Assembly: GCA_965277285.1 (NCBI GenBank)
Contig: OZ255721.1
Coordinates: 2,208,001 to 2,272,000 of the forward strand
Direction of reading: 5' to 3'
DNA length: 64,000 nucleotides
Source of the DNA: Abditibacteriaceae bacterium
GTDB taxonomy: Bacteria; Armatimonadota; Abditibacteriia; Abditibacteriales; Abditibacteriaceae
Below are positions 53,228 through 62,533 of this stretch, piece after piece (the stretch's first letter is position 1; each line of letters starts with the position of its first letter). Under the pieces are notes generated by a model. The model was not told the origin of the DNA. It ran no database searches and saw only the letters and a list, made by a program, of their open reading frames with translations. A program made the position numbers and the translations under genes.

Positions 53228-55543
53228 ATGCTCAAACTTCCGCTTCCCAATCGTCCTGCGCCCGATTCGACTCCATCGAGTACTCGAATCGGCATCAGCG
53301 CGCCCGTCATTGATGGCGCGCCCGAAGTCAATGGCAACGGTCAGAAAAATGGGCGCGTCGAGCGTCCTGTCGTCAAAAAACCGCGTCGCCGCGCGGGGAA
53401 AAAATGGTGGTGGGCGGCTTTGGGAGCAATTGTTTTGTTCTTCTTGTGGCGGCGCGCGCGCACCAAAGAAGTGCCGCACGCCGACGTTCAAACGTCTGTC
53501 GTGGCGCGCAGCGATGTGCGACAGACGGTTTCCTCAACGGGAACTTTGCAACCTTTCACGACGGTTGATGTGAAGTCGAACGCGGGCGGCGCAATTTTGA
53601 AAATGGCGGTCGATACCGGCACGCGCGTCAAAAAAGGCCAGTTGATTTGCCTGATCGATCCGCGCGATACGACGGCGGCTTACCGGCAAGCCGAAGCTGA
53701 TGTCGCATCGGCCAAAGCCGCGTTGCTGCAGGCGCAGCAAAACGCACAATTGCAAAGCGCGACGTTGGGGCCGCAAATCGATCAATCGGCGCAAGGCGTC
53801 AACTCGGCGCAGGCCAAATTGACGCAATCGCAACAAACTTTGACACTTCAAGCGGCGACGCAAGGCCCGGCGATTGATCAATCGGCGCAAGGCGTGGCGG
53901 CGGCGCGGGCGCGTTTGGTGCAAGCGCAAGAAGCCCTCGCGTTGCAGCGCCAGACGGCAGAAACCGATGTCGCGTCGGCGCGCAGTGGCGTGGCGGCGGC
54001 GCAAGCGAAACTGAATCAGGCGCGCGTCACATCGAGTACTCAACCTTCGCTGACGCGCTCCGCCATCAACCAGGCGCAGGCGAGCGTGGCCGCGGCGCAG
54101 GCAAATTTGAGTTCGTCGCAGGAAAGTTTGACTTTGCTGACCAGCGCGACGCAGCCGCAGGAACGCGCTTCGGCGCAAGCGCAAGTCGATCAGGCCAACT
54201 CGGATTTGCAAACCGCGCAAACCAATTTAACGCGTCAAGAAGCTCTTCTGGCGCGCGGCTTCGTGGCGCAAAACGTGGTCGATGCGGCGCGCAACGCGGT
54301 CGTCACGGCGCAGTCGGCGCTCAATACGAATCAGGCGAAATTGGACACGTTGCAGGCGCAGCAGCAATCGGAAACGCGCGATGCCCAGGCGCGCATCGAG
54401 CAAGCGCGTGGAACGCTCAACCAATCGCAGGCGGCTCTGGCGAGCGCGCGCACCAACAGCGTACAAGACGTTTTGCGCCAGGGCGATGTGACTTCGGCGC
54501 GCGCTGTGTTGCAACAAGCGCAATCGACATTAAGCGCGGCGGTCGCCAATCGCAGCCAGATCGCGGTCAAGCAAAGCGATGTCGTGGCGGCGGACGCGGC
54601 GCTTCGTCAATCGCAGGCAGCATTGGCGACGACGCAGGCCAATTCGCAGCAGATCGGTATTAAGGCGCAGGATGTCGCGGCCTCGCGCGCGGCGTTGTTG
54701 CAGGCGCAAGCGGCTCTTCGCAACGCGCAGGCGCAAACCATCAACAACGATGTGCGCGCGCAAGATGTCGCCAAGGCCAGAGCCGCTCTGGATCGCGCTC
54801 AGGTCACGGCGCAAAACGCTCTGGTGAGCCTGCAACAAACGCGTGTTGTGGCGCCGCGCGATGGCATCGTGTTGAAGAAATACGTCGATGAAGGCACGAT
54901 AATTCAGTCGGGACAAAGCGGTTTCTCGGGTGGCACGGCAATTGTGCAATTGGCGAACGTGTCGCGCATGTATGTCGATGTGCAGGTCGATGAAGCCGAT
55001 ATTTCGTTGATCGAGGTCGGGCAGCACGTCGATATAACTCTGGATGCTTATCCCAATTCGCCCAAGAGCGGCACGGTGCGCATCGTTTATCCCGAAGCCG
55101 AAGTTGATCAAAATGTGACCTATGTCCACGTCCAGGTCGAAATCGATCCGATGGATGTCGATGAGCGTTTGCGCGCGACGATGAACGCGACCTGCGATTT
55201 CGTGGTCGATGAAAAACAAAACGCGCTCGCGGTGCCGTCAGAAGCCGTGAAAGACGAAGAAGATTCGTCCTATGTGACGGTCATCAAAGACCCCAAGAAA
55301 CCGCTGTGGGACGAATCGAATCAGCAAAAACGCACGGTTGAAGTTGGCGTGCGCGGCGACGACAACACGGAAATTACTTCGGGTTTGAAAGAAGGCGAAA
55401 CCGTCGTGACGCAAATCATTGAACCGGCGGATAGCACCTCGAATTCGACCAGCGGCGCGCCAAGTTTGCTGGGTGGCCCGGGCGGCGGTCGTCCTGGTGG
55501 AGGTGGAGGTGGAGGTGGCGGCGGACGACGCGGCGGGTTCTAA
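53228..55543 (+). CDS. MacA/HlyD-family periplasmic adaptor with very long helical hairpin
   Basis: TM anchor, VKKGQLI, VVAPRDGIV, VDEADI, GLKEGETVV, Gly-rich tail. Confidence 0.9.
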   Translation: MLKLPLPNRPAPDSTPSSTRIGISAPVIDGAPEVNGNGQKNGRVERPVVKKPRRRAGKKWWWAALGAIVLFFLWRRARTKEVPHADVQTSVVARSDVRQTVSSTGTLQPFTTVDVKSNAGGAILKMAVDTGTRVKKGQLICLIDPRDTTAAYRQAEADVASAKAALLQAQQNAQLQSATLGPQIDQSAQGVNSAQAKLTQSQQTLTLQAATQGPAIDQSAQGVAAARARLVQAQEALALQRQTAETDVASARSGVAAAQAKLNQARVTSSTQPSLTRSAINQAQASVAAAQANLSSSQESLTLLTSATQPQERASAQAQVDQANSDLQTAQTNLTRQEALLARGFVAQNVVDAARNAVVTAQSALNTNQAKLDTLQAQQQSETRDAQARIEQARGTLNQSQAALASARTNSVQDVLRQGDVTSARAVLQQAQSTLSAAVANRSQIAVKQSDVVAADAALRQSQAALATTQANSQQIGIKAQDVAASRAALLQAQAALRNAQAQTINNDVRAQDVAKARAALDRAQVTAQNALVSLQQTRVVAPRDGIVLKKYVDEGTIIQSGQSGFSGGTAIVQLANVSRMYVDVQVDEADISLIEVGQHVDITLDAYPNSPKSGTVRIVYPEAEVDQNVTYVHVQVEIDPMDVDERLRATMNATCDFVVDEKQNALAVPSEAVKDEEDSSYVTVIKDPKKPLWDESNQQKRTVEVGVRGDDNTEITSGLKEGETVVTQIIEPADSTSNSTSGAPSLLGGPGGGRPGGGGGGGGGGRRGGF

Positions 55544-55571
55544 CATTTGCAACCCAAGTTGCTACTTTCGC

Positions 55572-55770
55572 CCAGCGACTGAAGTCGCGGCTGGGAGGCC
55601 TTCGGCCACAAAGTCCGCCTGCGCGGACTCCGAGTTCAGTCCGCGCAGGCGGACTTTGTGGCGGCACAGCCGCCCTTCAGCCGCGATTTTAATCGCTGGC
55701 TGCAGAGAGGGCAATTTGGGTTTTGTAACAAACCAGCGAACCCCGTCGCTTACGCTCAGGGTTCGTTGGT
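55572..55770. repeat. Composite palindromic repeat / MITE-like element plus family-B arm
   Basis: CCAGCGACTGAAGTCGCGGCTG...CCACAAAGTCCGCCTGCGCGGACT/AGTCCGCGCAGGCGGACTTTGTGG...CAGCCGCGATTTTAATCGCTGG. Confidence 0.65.
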
Positions 55771-55826
55771 GAAGTGATTAAATCGCAATCGAGTACTCGA
55801 TTGTCGATATTTCAAGGAGAAAGAAG

Positions 55827-56447
55827 ATGAAAAAGTTTGGTGTCCTGTTTTTGTTGGCCGCGACCACAGCAATCGCGTTTCCGATGGCGAGCGTTCATGC
55901 GCAAGGTGGCGGCGGTTATGGTGGCGGCGGTGGCGGCGGAATGCGCAACTCGGCCAAAGGTCGCCTGACCGGTTTGGTGCGCGGCATCGGCAATCTGGAA
56001 CGCGGCGGCAAAGCGCCTCTGACTCCGGCGCAAGCTCGCATCGTAGTTGGATCTGTCTCGCCATGGATGAAAAGGCCGCGCATGAACGAAAACGACGCGC
56101 GCGGCTTGTATATGCGTATCAACAGCGCGCTTTCGACGCGCCAGAAAAACGAACTGGACAAAACGTCAGCGGAAAACCGTCGCTTTGGCGGCGGTGGCGG
56201 CGGCGGTGGCTGGCGCGGTGGTCAAGGCGGGCAGGGCGGACAAAATGGACAGGCGAATATGCCGACGCCGCAGCAGATGCAGCAAATGCGCGCGTTTCGT
56301 GAAACCTATAACCCGTTTTATCCACCGTCGAATTACCGCGAATTGAATGGTATGCCGGATCGGATGCGCCAAGGTTTCTTCCGCCGTTATCAAGCGCAAC
56401 AAGCGTTGCTGATGTCATTGGCGCGCAAAGCTCACGGCGGACGATAA
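55827..56447 (+). CDS. Secreted Gly/Gln-rich hypothetical protein
   Basis: AAGGAG RBS, signal peptide, LTPAQA-type motif. Confidence 0.75.
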   Translation: MKKFGVLFLLAATTAIAFPMASVHAQGGGGYGGGGGGGMRNSAKGRLTGLVRGIGNLERGGKAPLTPAQARIVVGSVSPWMKRPRMNENDARGLYMRINSALSTRQKNELDKTSAENRRFGGGGGGGGWRGGQGGQGGQNGQANMPTPQQMQQMRAFRETYNPFYPPSNYRELNGMPDRMRQGFFRRYQAQQALLMSLARKAHGGR

Positions 56448-56456
56448 GTCAGTTTT

Positions 56457-56701
56457 GTAGGGGCGAGGCATGCTTCGCCCGAACCCTCGCAACCAGTTTG
56501 AAAGTCCGCGCAACGCCTTAAACGTAGAGGTTTGTCATGCTAACGGGCGCTCTGTACGCACCCGTCAGCATAACAAACTATCAATTCTCAACGTTGTTCT
56601 CTGCCTTGCAAACTCCTTCTTGCAGCAACCCTCGCAGTGCAAGACCGACGCGGAACACCGACGCGGAACACCGACGCGGGCGAGGCGAACGTTGCCCCTA
56701 C
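56457..56701. repeat. GTAG-type REP doublet
   Basis: GTAGGGGCGAGGCATGCTTCGCCC at 56457 and inverted GGGCGAGGCGAACGTTGCCCCTAC ending at 56701. Confidence 0.6.
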
Positions 56702-56726
56702 AAATTACTACTTCGAGTACTCGATT

Positions 56727-57506
56727 ATGACTTCTCTTTCCGCGCCACCTGTGCCCGACGAAATGCACCAGCATTCGGCGATTGCCGTGCACGATTTGCA
56801 CAAAGAATACATGATGGGCGAAATGCGCGTTCATGCTCTGCGCGGCGTCGATTTGGAGATCGCGCCGGGCGAATTTGTGGCGATCATGGGGCCAAGCGGC
56901 TGCGGCAAAAGCACTTTTATGAACCTGATCGGTTGTCTTGATCAGCCAACTATTGGTTCCTATCAGTTGGACGGTGAAGAAGTCGCGCAATTGGGCGCCG
57001 ATGAACTGGCGCGCATTCGCAATCAGAAGATCGGTTTCGTTTTTCAAACCTTTAATTTGCTGGCGCGCACGACGGCTTTGCACAACGTCGAACTGCCGCT
57101 TTTATATGCCGGAACGACGCCCGAAGAACGCCATGAGCGCGCGATGGCGGCTCTGGAAAGCGTCGGTTTGGGCGACCGCGCGACGCATCGCCCGAATGAA
57201 CTGTCGGGCGGACAACAACAGCGCGTGGCGATTGCGCGCGCTCTGGTCAACGATCCGGTAATTTTGCTGGCGGACGAACCGACGGGCGCGCTGGCCAGTC
57301 GTCAGGGCGAAGAAATCATGCAGATTTTCCAGGGCTTGAACGATCAGGGCAAAACTGTCGTGATGGTGACGCACGAGCCGGACATCGCTCTTCATGCGCG
57401 CCGCGTTGTGCGCTTCCGCGATGGCCGCGTCGTCGGCGACGAGCAAGTCGAAAATCGCCTGATTGCCGACGAAGTGCTGCGCGCGCTGCCTGATGAGGAA
57501 GAGTAG
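56727..57506 (+). CDS. ABC transporter ATP-binding protein (MacB/LolD-like)
   Basis: [37 protein letters not shown]. Confidence 0.93.
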   Translation: MTSLSAPPVPDEMHQHSAIAVHDLHKEYMMGEMRVHALRGVDLEIAPGEFVAIMGPSGCGKSTFMNLIGCLDQPTIGSYQLDGEEVAQLGADELARIRNQKIGFVFQTFNLLARTTALHNVELPLLYAGTTPEERHERAMAALESVGLGDRATHRPNELSGGQQQRVAIARALVNDPVILLADEPTGALASRQGEEIMQIFQGLNDQGKTVVMVTHEPDIALHARRVVRFRDGRVVGDEQVENRLIADEVLRALPDEEE

Positions 57507-57539
57507 TATCGAGTACTCGTTTGAGCAACTGAACGAACT

Positions 57540-57794
57540 ATGAAACGGAAAAAAGGGAAGCCTCAAAGCTTTGTTGCCGAGTTTGTTATTTCGATTCTTC
57601 TGATTTTTCCGCCTTTGATGTGGGTCTTTCCTACGCGCGGCTCAGGAGTGACGTTTGGATTTTATGCGGCCACATTGATTTGTTACGCGGTCTCACTACT
57701 TACTTTCGGTCGCCGGAGTGCCATTGAGTTCGGGATAGTTGTTCTCGAACTTTCAGTTGTTGCAAGCTTGCTGTTTCCCAAGTTACTGCGGTAA
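57540..57794 (+). CDS. Small membrane protein
   Basis: Three hydrophobic segments within the operon. Confidence 0.55.
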   Translation: MKRKKGKPQSFVAEFVISILLIFPPLMWVFPTRGSGVTFGFYAATLICYAVSLLTFGRRSAIEFGIVVLELSVVASLLFPKLLR

Positions 57795-57808
57795 TGGATG
57801 AGTGGATT

Positions 57809-59023
57809 ATGAATTTGTGGGAAAATGTTTTGGTGGCGTTGCAAGGTCTGGCGGCGAATAAGTTGCGCTCCAGCCTGACGATGCTGGGCATCATCATCGG
57901 CGTGCTGGCGGTGATTTTGGGAACGGCGATTGGTCAGGGTTCCAAGCAGCAGGTCGTCGACAAAATCCAGTCGCTGGGCAGCAACGCGATCACGGTTTTC
58001 CCCGGGCAGCAGCGCACCGGAGCCGTTCAAGGTGGCGCCGGTTCGCGCCCGACTTTGAAAATGCCCGATGTGGACGCGATTCGCAAAAATTGCCCGACCG
58101 TCATCGCCGTCGCGCCGCAATTGCAGAAAAACGCGCAAGTCAAATACGGCAATCAGAATACGAACACAACGATTATCGCCACTTCGCCGGAGTTTTTGGC
58201 GATTCGCGGCTTTCATGTCGAAACCGGACGTTTTTTCACGGCCAGCGATGTGCGAGGCCGACGCAAAGTGTGCATTGTTGGCAAGACGACGGCGAAAAAC
58301 CTTTTCGGCGATTCGACTCCTCTGGGCAAGCCAATTCGCATCAAAGGCATCAACTTCAAAATTATTGGCCTGATGTCGCTCAAAGGTTCGGCGCTTTTCG
58401 GTGACCCAGACGACCAAATCGAAATCCCGATTACGACTGGCTTAAAACAGGTTTTTGGCACTGATTCGCTGTCCAACATTTATGCGCAAACCGCCAACGC
58501 CGACGGAGCAGACCGCGCTTCGCAGGAAATTAGCGACGCGCTGATGAAGTCGCACAAAATCGCGCCCAACGCCGACCCCGATTTCACCGTACGTACGCAA
58601 GCCGAATTTATGCAAATCCAGGAACAATCGAGCCAGGCGCTGACGTTTCTGCTGACTGGAATCGCCGCCGTCGCGTTGTTGGTCGGTGGCATCGGCATTA
58701 TGAATATCATGCTGGTTTCGGTGACGGAAAGGACGCGTGAAATCGGCATTCGTAAGGCGGTTGGCGCGCGACCGTTCAACATTCTGCTGCAATTTCTCAT
58801 CGAAGCGATGACGCTGAGCGTGCTGGGTGGCGTGATCGGTATTCTGGGCGGTTTCGCGGTTTGCTACCTGATCACGACCTTTATCGGCTTTCCAACCATT
58901 ATTTCGCCGATGTGGATTGGAATCGCGTTCTTTTCTTCAGCGACTATCGGAATGTTTTTCGGCATTTATCCGGCCTATAAAGCTGGCCAACTCGACCCAA
59001 TTGAAGCATTGCGCTATCAATAA
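57809..59023 (+). CDS. MacB-family ABC permease
   Basis: NKLRSSLTMLGIIIG, GGIGIMNIMLVSVTERTREIGIRKAVGA, DPIEALRY. Confidence 0.95.
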   Translation: MNLWENVLVALQGLAANKLRSSLTMLGIIIGVLAVILGTAIGQGSKQQVVDKIQSLGSNAITVFPGQQRTGAVQGGAGSRPTLKMPDVDAIRKNCPTVIAVAPQLQKNAQVKYGNQNTNTTIIATSPEFLAIRGFHVETGRFFTASDVRGRRKVCIVGKTTAKNLFGDSTPLGKPIRIKGINFKIIGLMSLKGSALFGDPDDQIEIPITTGLKQVFGTDSLSNIYAQTANADGADRASQEISDALMKSHKIAPNADPDFTVRTQAEFMQIQEQSSQALTFLLTGIAAVALLVGGIGIMNIMLVSVTERTREIGIRKAVGARPFNILLQFLIEAMTLSVLGGVIGILGGFAVCYLITTFIGFPTIISPMWIGIAFFSSATIGMFFGIYPAYKAGQLDPIEALRYQ

Positions 59024-59243
59024 TCAGTGGTACGGGTTTGATAAACAAACAAGTCCAAAGGTCGCGTATCAAGTACGGATCATCGAGTACTCGATAGGCG
59101 ACCTTCGTGTTTTCTAAACGTTGATTCAAACGAATCTTAGCACTTTCTCAAGTTGGCTCCAGCCAATTCCGCCAAACTCATAAGCGATGAAAAACCGAAA
59201 CGGCTCTGCTTTGAAACGCTCGTTTTTGTTCCTTTCTCGCATT

Positions 59244-60572
59244 ATGAAAACACGGTTTCTCTTCGCCACTTTCTTCCTCGGTCTGGCGCCACTTCACGCA
59301 CAGAACGCGACGGTTTCCTCAACAGCGCCAGTTGCTGCACCAGCCAGCACAACATCACCAAGAACGCCAAGTGCGACCACGCCAAATCCAGTGTCCGTTG
59401 GAGCCAGCGAGCCTTTGGCGTTGGACGATGTGTTGGCTGCGGCGCGTCGTGGCAGCTTCACAATGGGAAGCGCCGAAGCACGTATTGCGGCGGCGCAGGC
59501 GCGACTTCAAGCGGCGGGTGCGGCTCCTGGCACAACGTTGACGGTGGCGCGCGCTTTCGGCAAAAACACCGGCGGCTTCGATGAAGATATTTTGTTGTCT
59601 CAAGTCATCGAAATCGGCAAGCGCGGCTCGCGCGTTAAAGGCGCGCAGTTCGACCGTCAGGCCGCCCAGTTTGATCGCGCCGGTGCGGGAACTTCGTTTG
59701 ATTTTGCGGTGCGTTCAGCATATTATGACGCGTTGCGCACCGATGTCGAACTGAATTTGGCCAACGATTCGTTGCAAACCGCGCAAACGTTTTCGGCCGC
59801 GGCGCAAACGCAATTCACGGCGGGCGATGTGCCGCGCGCCAATGTCGTGCGCTCGTCCATCGAATTATCGCGCGCTCAAGCCACCGTGACGCAAGCGCAA
59901 AGTGACCGCGACACCAGCTACAACGTTCTGCGCAGCTTGCTCGCTTTGCCCGATGACGCGCCGTTGCAACTGGGCGACAAACTTTCTTTTACACCGCAAA
60001 CTTACGATTTGAATGCGCTGCAAACGCTGGCATCGAGTACTCGAAGCGATTTGCTGTCGGCGCGCGCAGCCGAACAATCTAAAGAAGCGGCTGTGCAAAC
60101 TGCGCAGTCGCTAAACAGGCCGGACGCCTTTATCGAAGCGCGCCGCGCCGCCATTTCGCCTTACCCCGATACGCCAAACGGAAGTTCCTTGCGCGTTGGC
60201 ATCGTCATTCCACTTTTTGATTTCGGGCGCAATCGTGCTGGACTGAACGAAGCGCGCGCCAATGTGCAGGAACAGCAAGCGATTCTCAATGAAACGACGC
60301 GCGCCGCGCGATTAGATGTAGCGACGACTTACGCGCGTTTTGTGGCGGCGCAAGCAGCGGTTCAAGGTTTCACCAGCGGACGTTTGGCGCAATCGCGCGA
60401 ACTGCTCGACATGGCGCAAATCGGTTATCAGCATGGCGCGAACTCTTACCTCGAATTGATTGATGCGCAAACCGTTTATCGCAACGAGCAAGCCGATTAC
60501 GCGCGCTCTCTGGCGACCTGGAACACGGCGCGCGCCGATCTGGAACGCGCTGTGGGAGGAAAACTGCCTTGA
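59244..60572 (+). CDS. TolC/CzcC-family outer membrane protein
   Basis: Signal peptide, IPLFDFG, YQHGANSYLELIDAQ. Confidence 0.88.
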   Translation: MKTRFLFATFFLGLAPLHAQNATVSSTAPVAAPASTTSPRTPSATTPNPVSVGASEPLALDDVLAAARRGSFTMGSAEARIAAAQARLQAAGAAPGTTLTVARAFGKNTGGFDEDILLSQVIEIGKRGSRVKGAQFDRQAAQFDRAGAGTSFDFAVRSAYYDALRTDVELNLANDSLQTAQTFSAAAQTQFTAGDVPRANVVRSSIELSRAQATVTQAQSDRDTSYNVLRSLLALPDDAPLQLGDKLSFTPQTYDLNALQTLASSTRSDLLSARAAEQSKEAAVQTAQSLNRPDAFIEARRAAISPYPDTPNGSSLRVGIVIPLFDFGRNRAGLNEARANVQEQQAILNETTRAARLDVATTYARFVAAQAAVQGFTSGRLAQSRELLDMAQIGYQHGANSYLELIDAQTVYRNEQADYARSLATWNTARADLERAVGGKLP

Positions 60573-60580
60573 AAGAACCA

Positions 60581-62533
60581 ATGTCAACGGAAAATAAGGC
60601 TCTTCCAGCGCGCAAAAACCAAACGTTCTGGCTGGCGCTTTTGCCGCTTTTGCTTGTCATCGGTTGGTGGTGGAAAAGTCACAGCGCGACACCGGCGAAG
60701 TCGGATGCCGCTGCAACTTCGTCGACTGATGCCAAAGCGCCCGATGCGACGGACACCAAAGCGGCGCCAATTGATGTTCAAGTGGTTCCTGCCATGTTGC
60801 GCCCGATAGAAGATGTGGTGACGGCGCAAGGCAATTTGACAGCGGGACAAGGTGCCAGCGCGCGTATCGCGGTGATGACGGCGGGGCGCATCAATCGAGT
60901 ACTCGTTCGCGAAGGCGACCACGTGCAAGCCGGGCAACTAGTCGCCCTGGTCGATAATCGCGCGGCAGCGGCAGCCGAACGCAGCGCATCAGCGGCGTTA
61001 TCAGCGTCTTTATCTGATGCGCGACAGGCCGACATAATGATTCAAGCCACGCAAAGCGATCAAACCAATGCTTTGCGTCAGGCGCAATTGGGGCTGCAAA
61101 GCGCGATTACAGAACGCAATGGCGCCATCAATCAAGCGGAAAATGCCTTGCGTTCGGCGCAAAGCGATTATCGAAAAGCTGTCGCTGGCGCGCAAACCAA
61201 AGACGTTTCCAACGCTGTTCAACAAGCGCGCTTGGGCTTGCGCGCCGCCAGATTAGATCGGGACGCGAGCATTCAAACCGCGCGCAACGCTTTACGAACT
61301 GCACAAACTGCTCTGGCGAAATTGCGCAACGGCGCGCGTCCGCAAGAAGTTCGGCAAGCGCAAGCGGCTGTCCGTCAAGCGCAGGCAACGCGCGATCGCG
61401 CCGCAACCGAAGTTTCGCGCGTGCAGTTTTTATTCGATAAAGGTATCAAGGCCAAGCGCGAACTGGACGATGCACAGACCGCACTCAGCGTGGCGGAAGC
61501 GGCTTTGCAAACGGCGCGCGATCAATTGAGTCTGGTGCAGGCGGGCAATCGCAGCGAAGATATTCAGGCCGGAGAACTGGCGGTTCAGGGCGCGCGCGAT
61601 GCGCTTGATGCGGCGCAGCAAAGTGGAAACGCCAAAGTCGCGCAGGCGCAATCGGCGCTTGAATTGGCGCGCAACAATCTGGGACAGGCCACTCAGCAAC
61701 GACCCGAAGATGTGCGCGCGGCAGGCTTGAAAGTCGCGGCGGCGCGCGATGCTTTGGTTCAAGCGCAGGGAAGCGGCGACGCCAAAGTGCAAAGCGCGCG
61801 CGCCGCTTTAACGGCGGCCTCACAAGGCCAATTGCAAATTGCCGCCAAAAGCGAAGACGCGCGGAGCAAAGCCGCGCTCGCGCAAAGCAAAATCGCCGAT
61901 TTGTCGGCGGCGCAAGCGGCTTCGAGTTCGGCGCAATTACGCGCGCCGATTTCCGGTGTCATCACCAAGCGCAACATCAACGACGGCGAAATGGCCGATC
62001 CCGCGATTCCAGTACTCGAAATCAGCGATACCAACGCGCTCAATCTCAACGCGAACCTTGCCGCGGCTCAAGGCGCAAACGTGCGCCCGGGTATGGCGGC
62101 GCGCGTGATCGTGGAAGGCACCAAAACCGCGATTCCCGCACAAGTCGTCAGCGTCGGGCAAATCGATCCGCAAACCAATTTGTTGGCGGTGCGCATCGCG
62201 GTTCCTAACCAAAACGGAAACTTGAAAGTCGGCGCTTTTGCGACCGCGAAAATCGTGCTGCAAGCGAAACCTGCGGCGGTCGTGGTTCCCAAAGCGGCGC
62301 TCCTTTCGCGCGATGGCAAAGATGTCGTGATGGTGGCGGGCGATGACAATCAGGCGCACCAGAGAATTGTTCAAATTGGCGCCAATCGCAACGGTTTGGT
62401 CGAAATCGTCAGTGGCCTGAAATCGAACGAAAAAGTGATTCAAAGCGCTTATCAATTGGACGATGGCGCGCCGATTCGAGTACTCGAATCTAAGGAAGAT
62501 AAGCCGAAAAGCGATGATGGGAAAACACCATGA
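60581..62533 (+). CDS. RND periplasmic adaptor (membrane fusion protein)
   Basis: VREGDHVQAGQLV, LRAPISGVI, long coiled coil. Confidence 0.9.
   Translation: MSTENKALPARKNQTFWLALLPLLLVIGWWWKSHSATPAKSDAAATSSTDAKAPDATDTKAAPIDVQVVPAMLRPIEDVVTAQGNLTAGQGASARIAVMTAGRINRVLVREGDHVQAGQLVALVDNRAAAAAERSASAALSASLSDARQADIMIQATQSDQTNALRQAQLGLQSAITERNGAINQAENALRSAQSDYRKAVAGAQTKDVSNAVQQARLGLRAARLDRDASIQTARNALRTAQTALAKLRNGARPQEVRQAQAAVRQAQATRDRAATEVSRVQFLFDKGIKAKRELDDAQTALSVAEAALQTARDQLSLVQAGNRSEDIQAGELAVQGARDALDAAQQSGNAKVAQAQSALELARNNLGQATQQRPEDVRAAGLKVAAARDALVQAQGSGDAKVQSARAALTAASQGQLQIAAKSEDARSKAALAQSKIADLSAAQAASSSAQLRAPISGVITKRNINDGEMADPAIPVLEISDTNALNLNANLAAAQGANVRPGMAARVIVEGTKTAIPAQVVSVGQIDPQTNLLAVRIAVPNQNGNLKVGAFATAKIVLQAKPAAVVVPKAALLSRDGKDVVMVAGDDNQAHQRIVQIGANRNGLVEIVSGLKSNEKVIQSAYQLDDGAPIRVLESKEDKPKSDDGKTP

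Larger units (their letters stand above)
269..62487. repeat. Dispersed highly iterated 12-bp palindrome TCGAGTACTCGA
   Basis: Exact copies start at 269, 1059, 3111, 3440, 4279, 5100, 6072, 7365, 9866, 10506, 13421, 14379, 16356, 18963, 20146, 21374, 23912, 24616, 33397, 33609, 33986, 37776, 40746, 42364, 51335, 53276, 55789, 56713, 59083, 60033, 62476. Confidence 0.97.

Noticed and set aside
269..62487. The palindrome as a CRISPR repeat, REP/MITE or ordinary transcription-factor site
   Set aside because: Copies are dispersed about 1 kb apart with unrelated flanks, and many lie deep inside coding regions of functionally unrelated genes.
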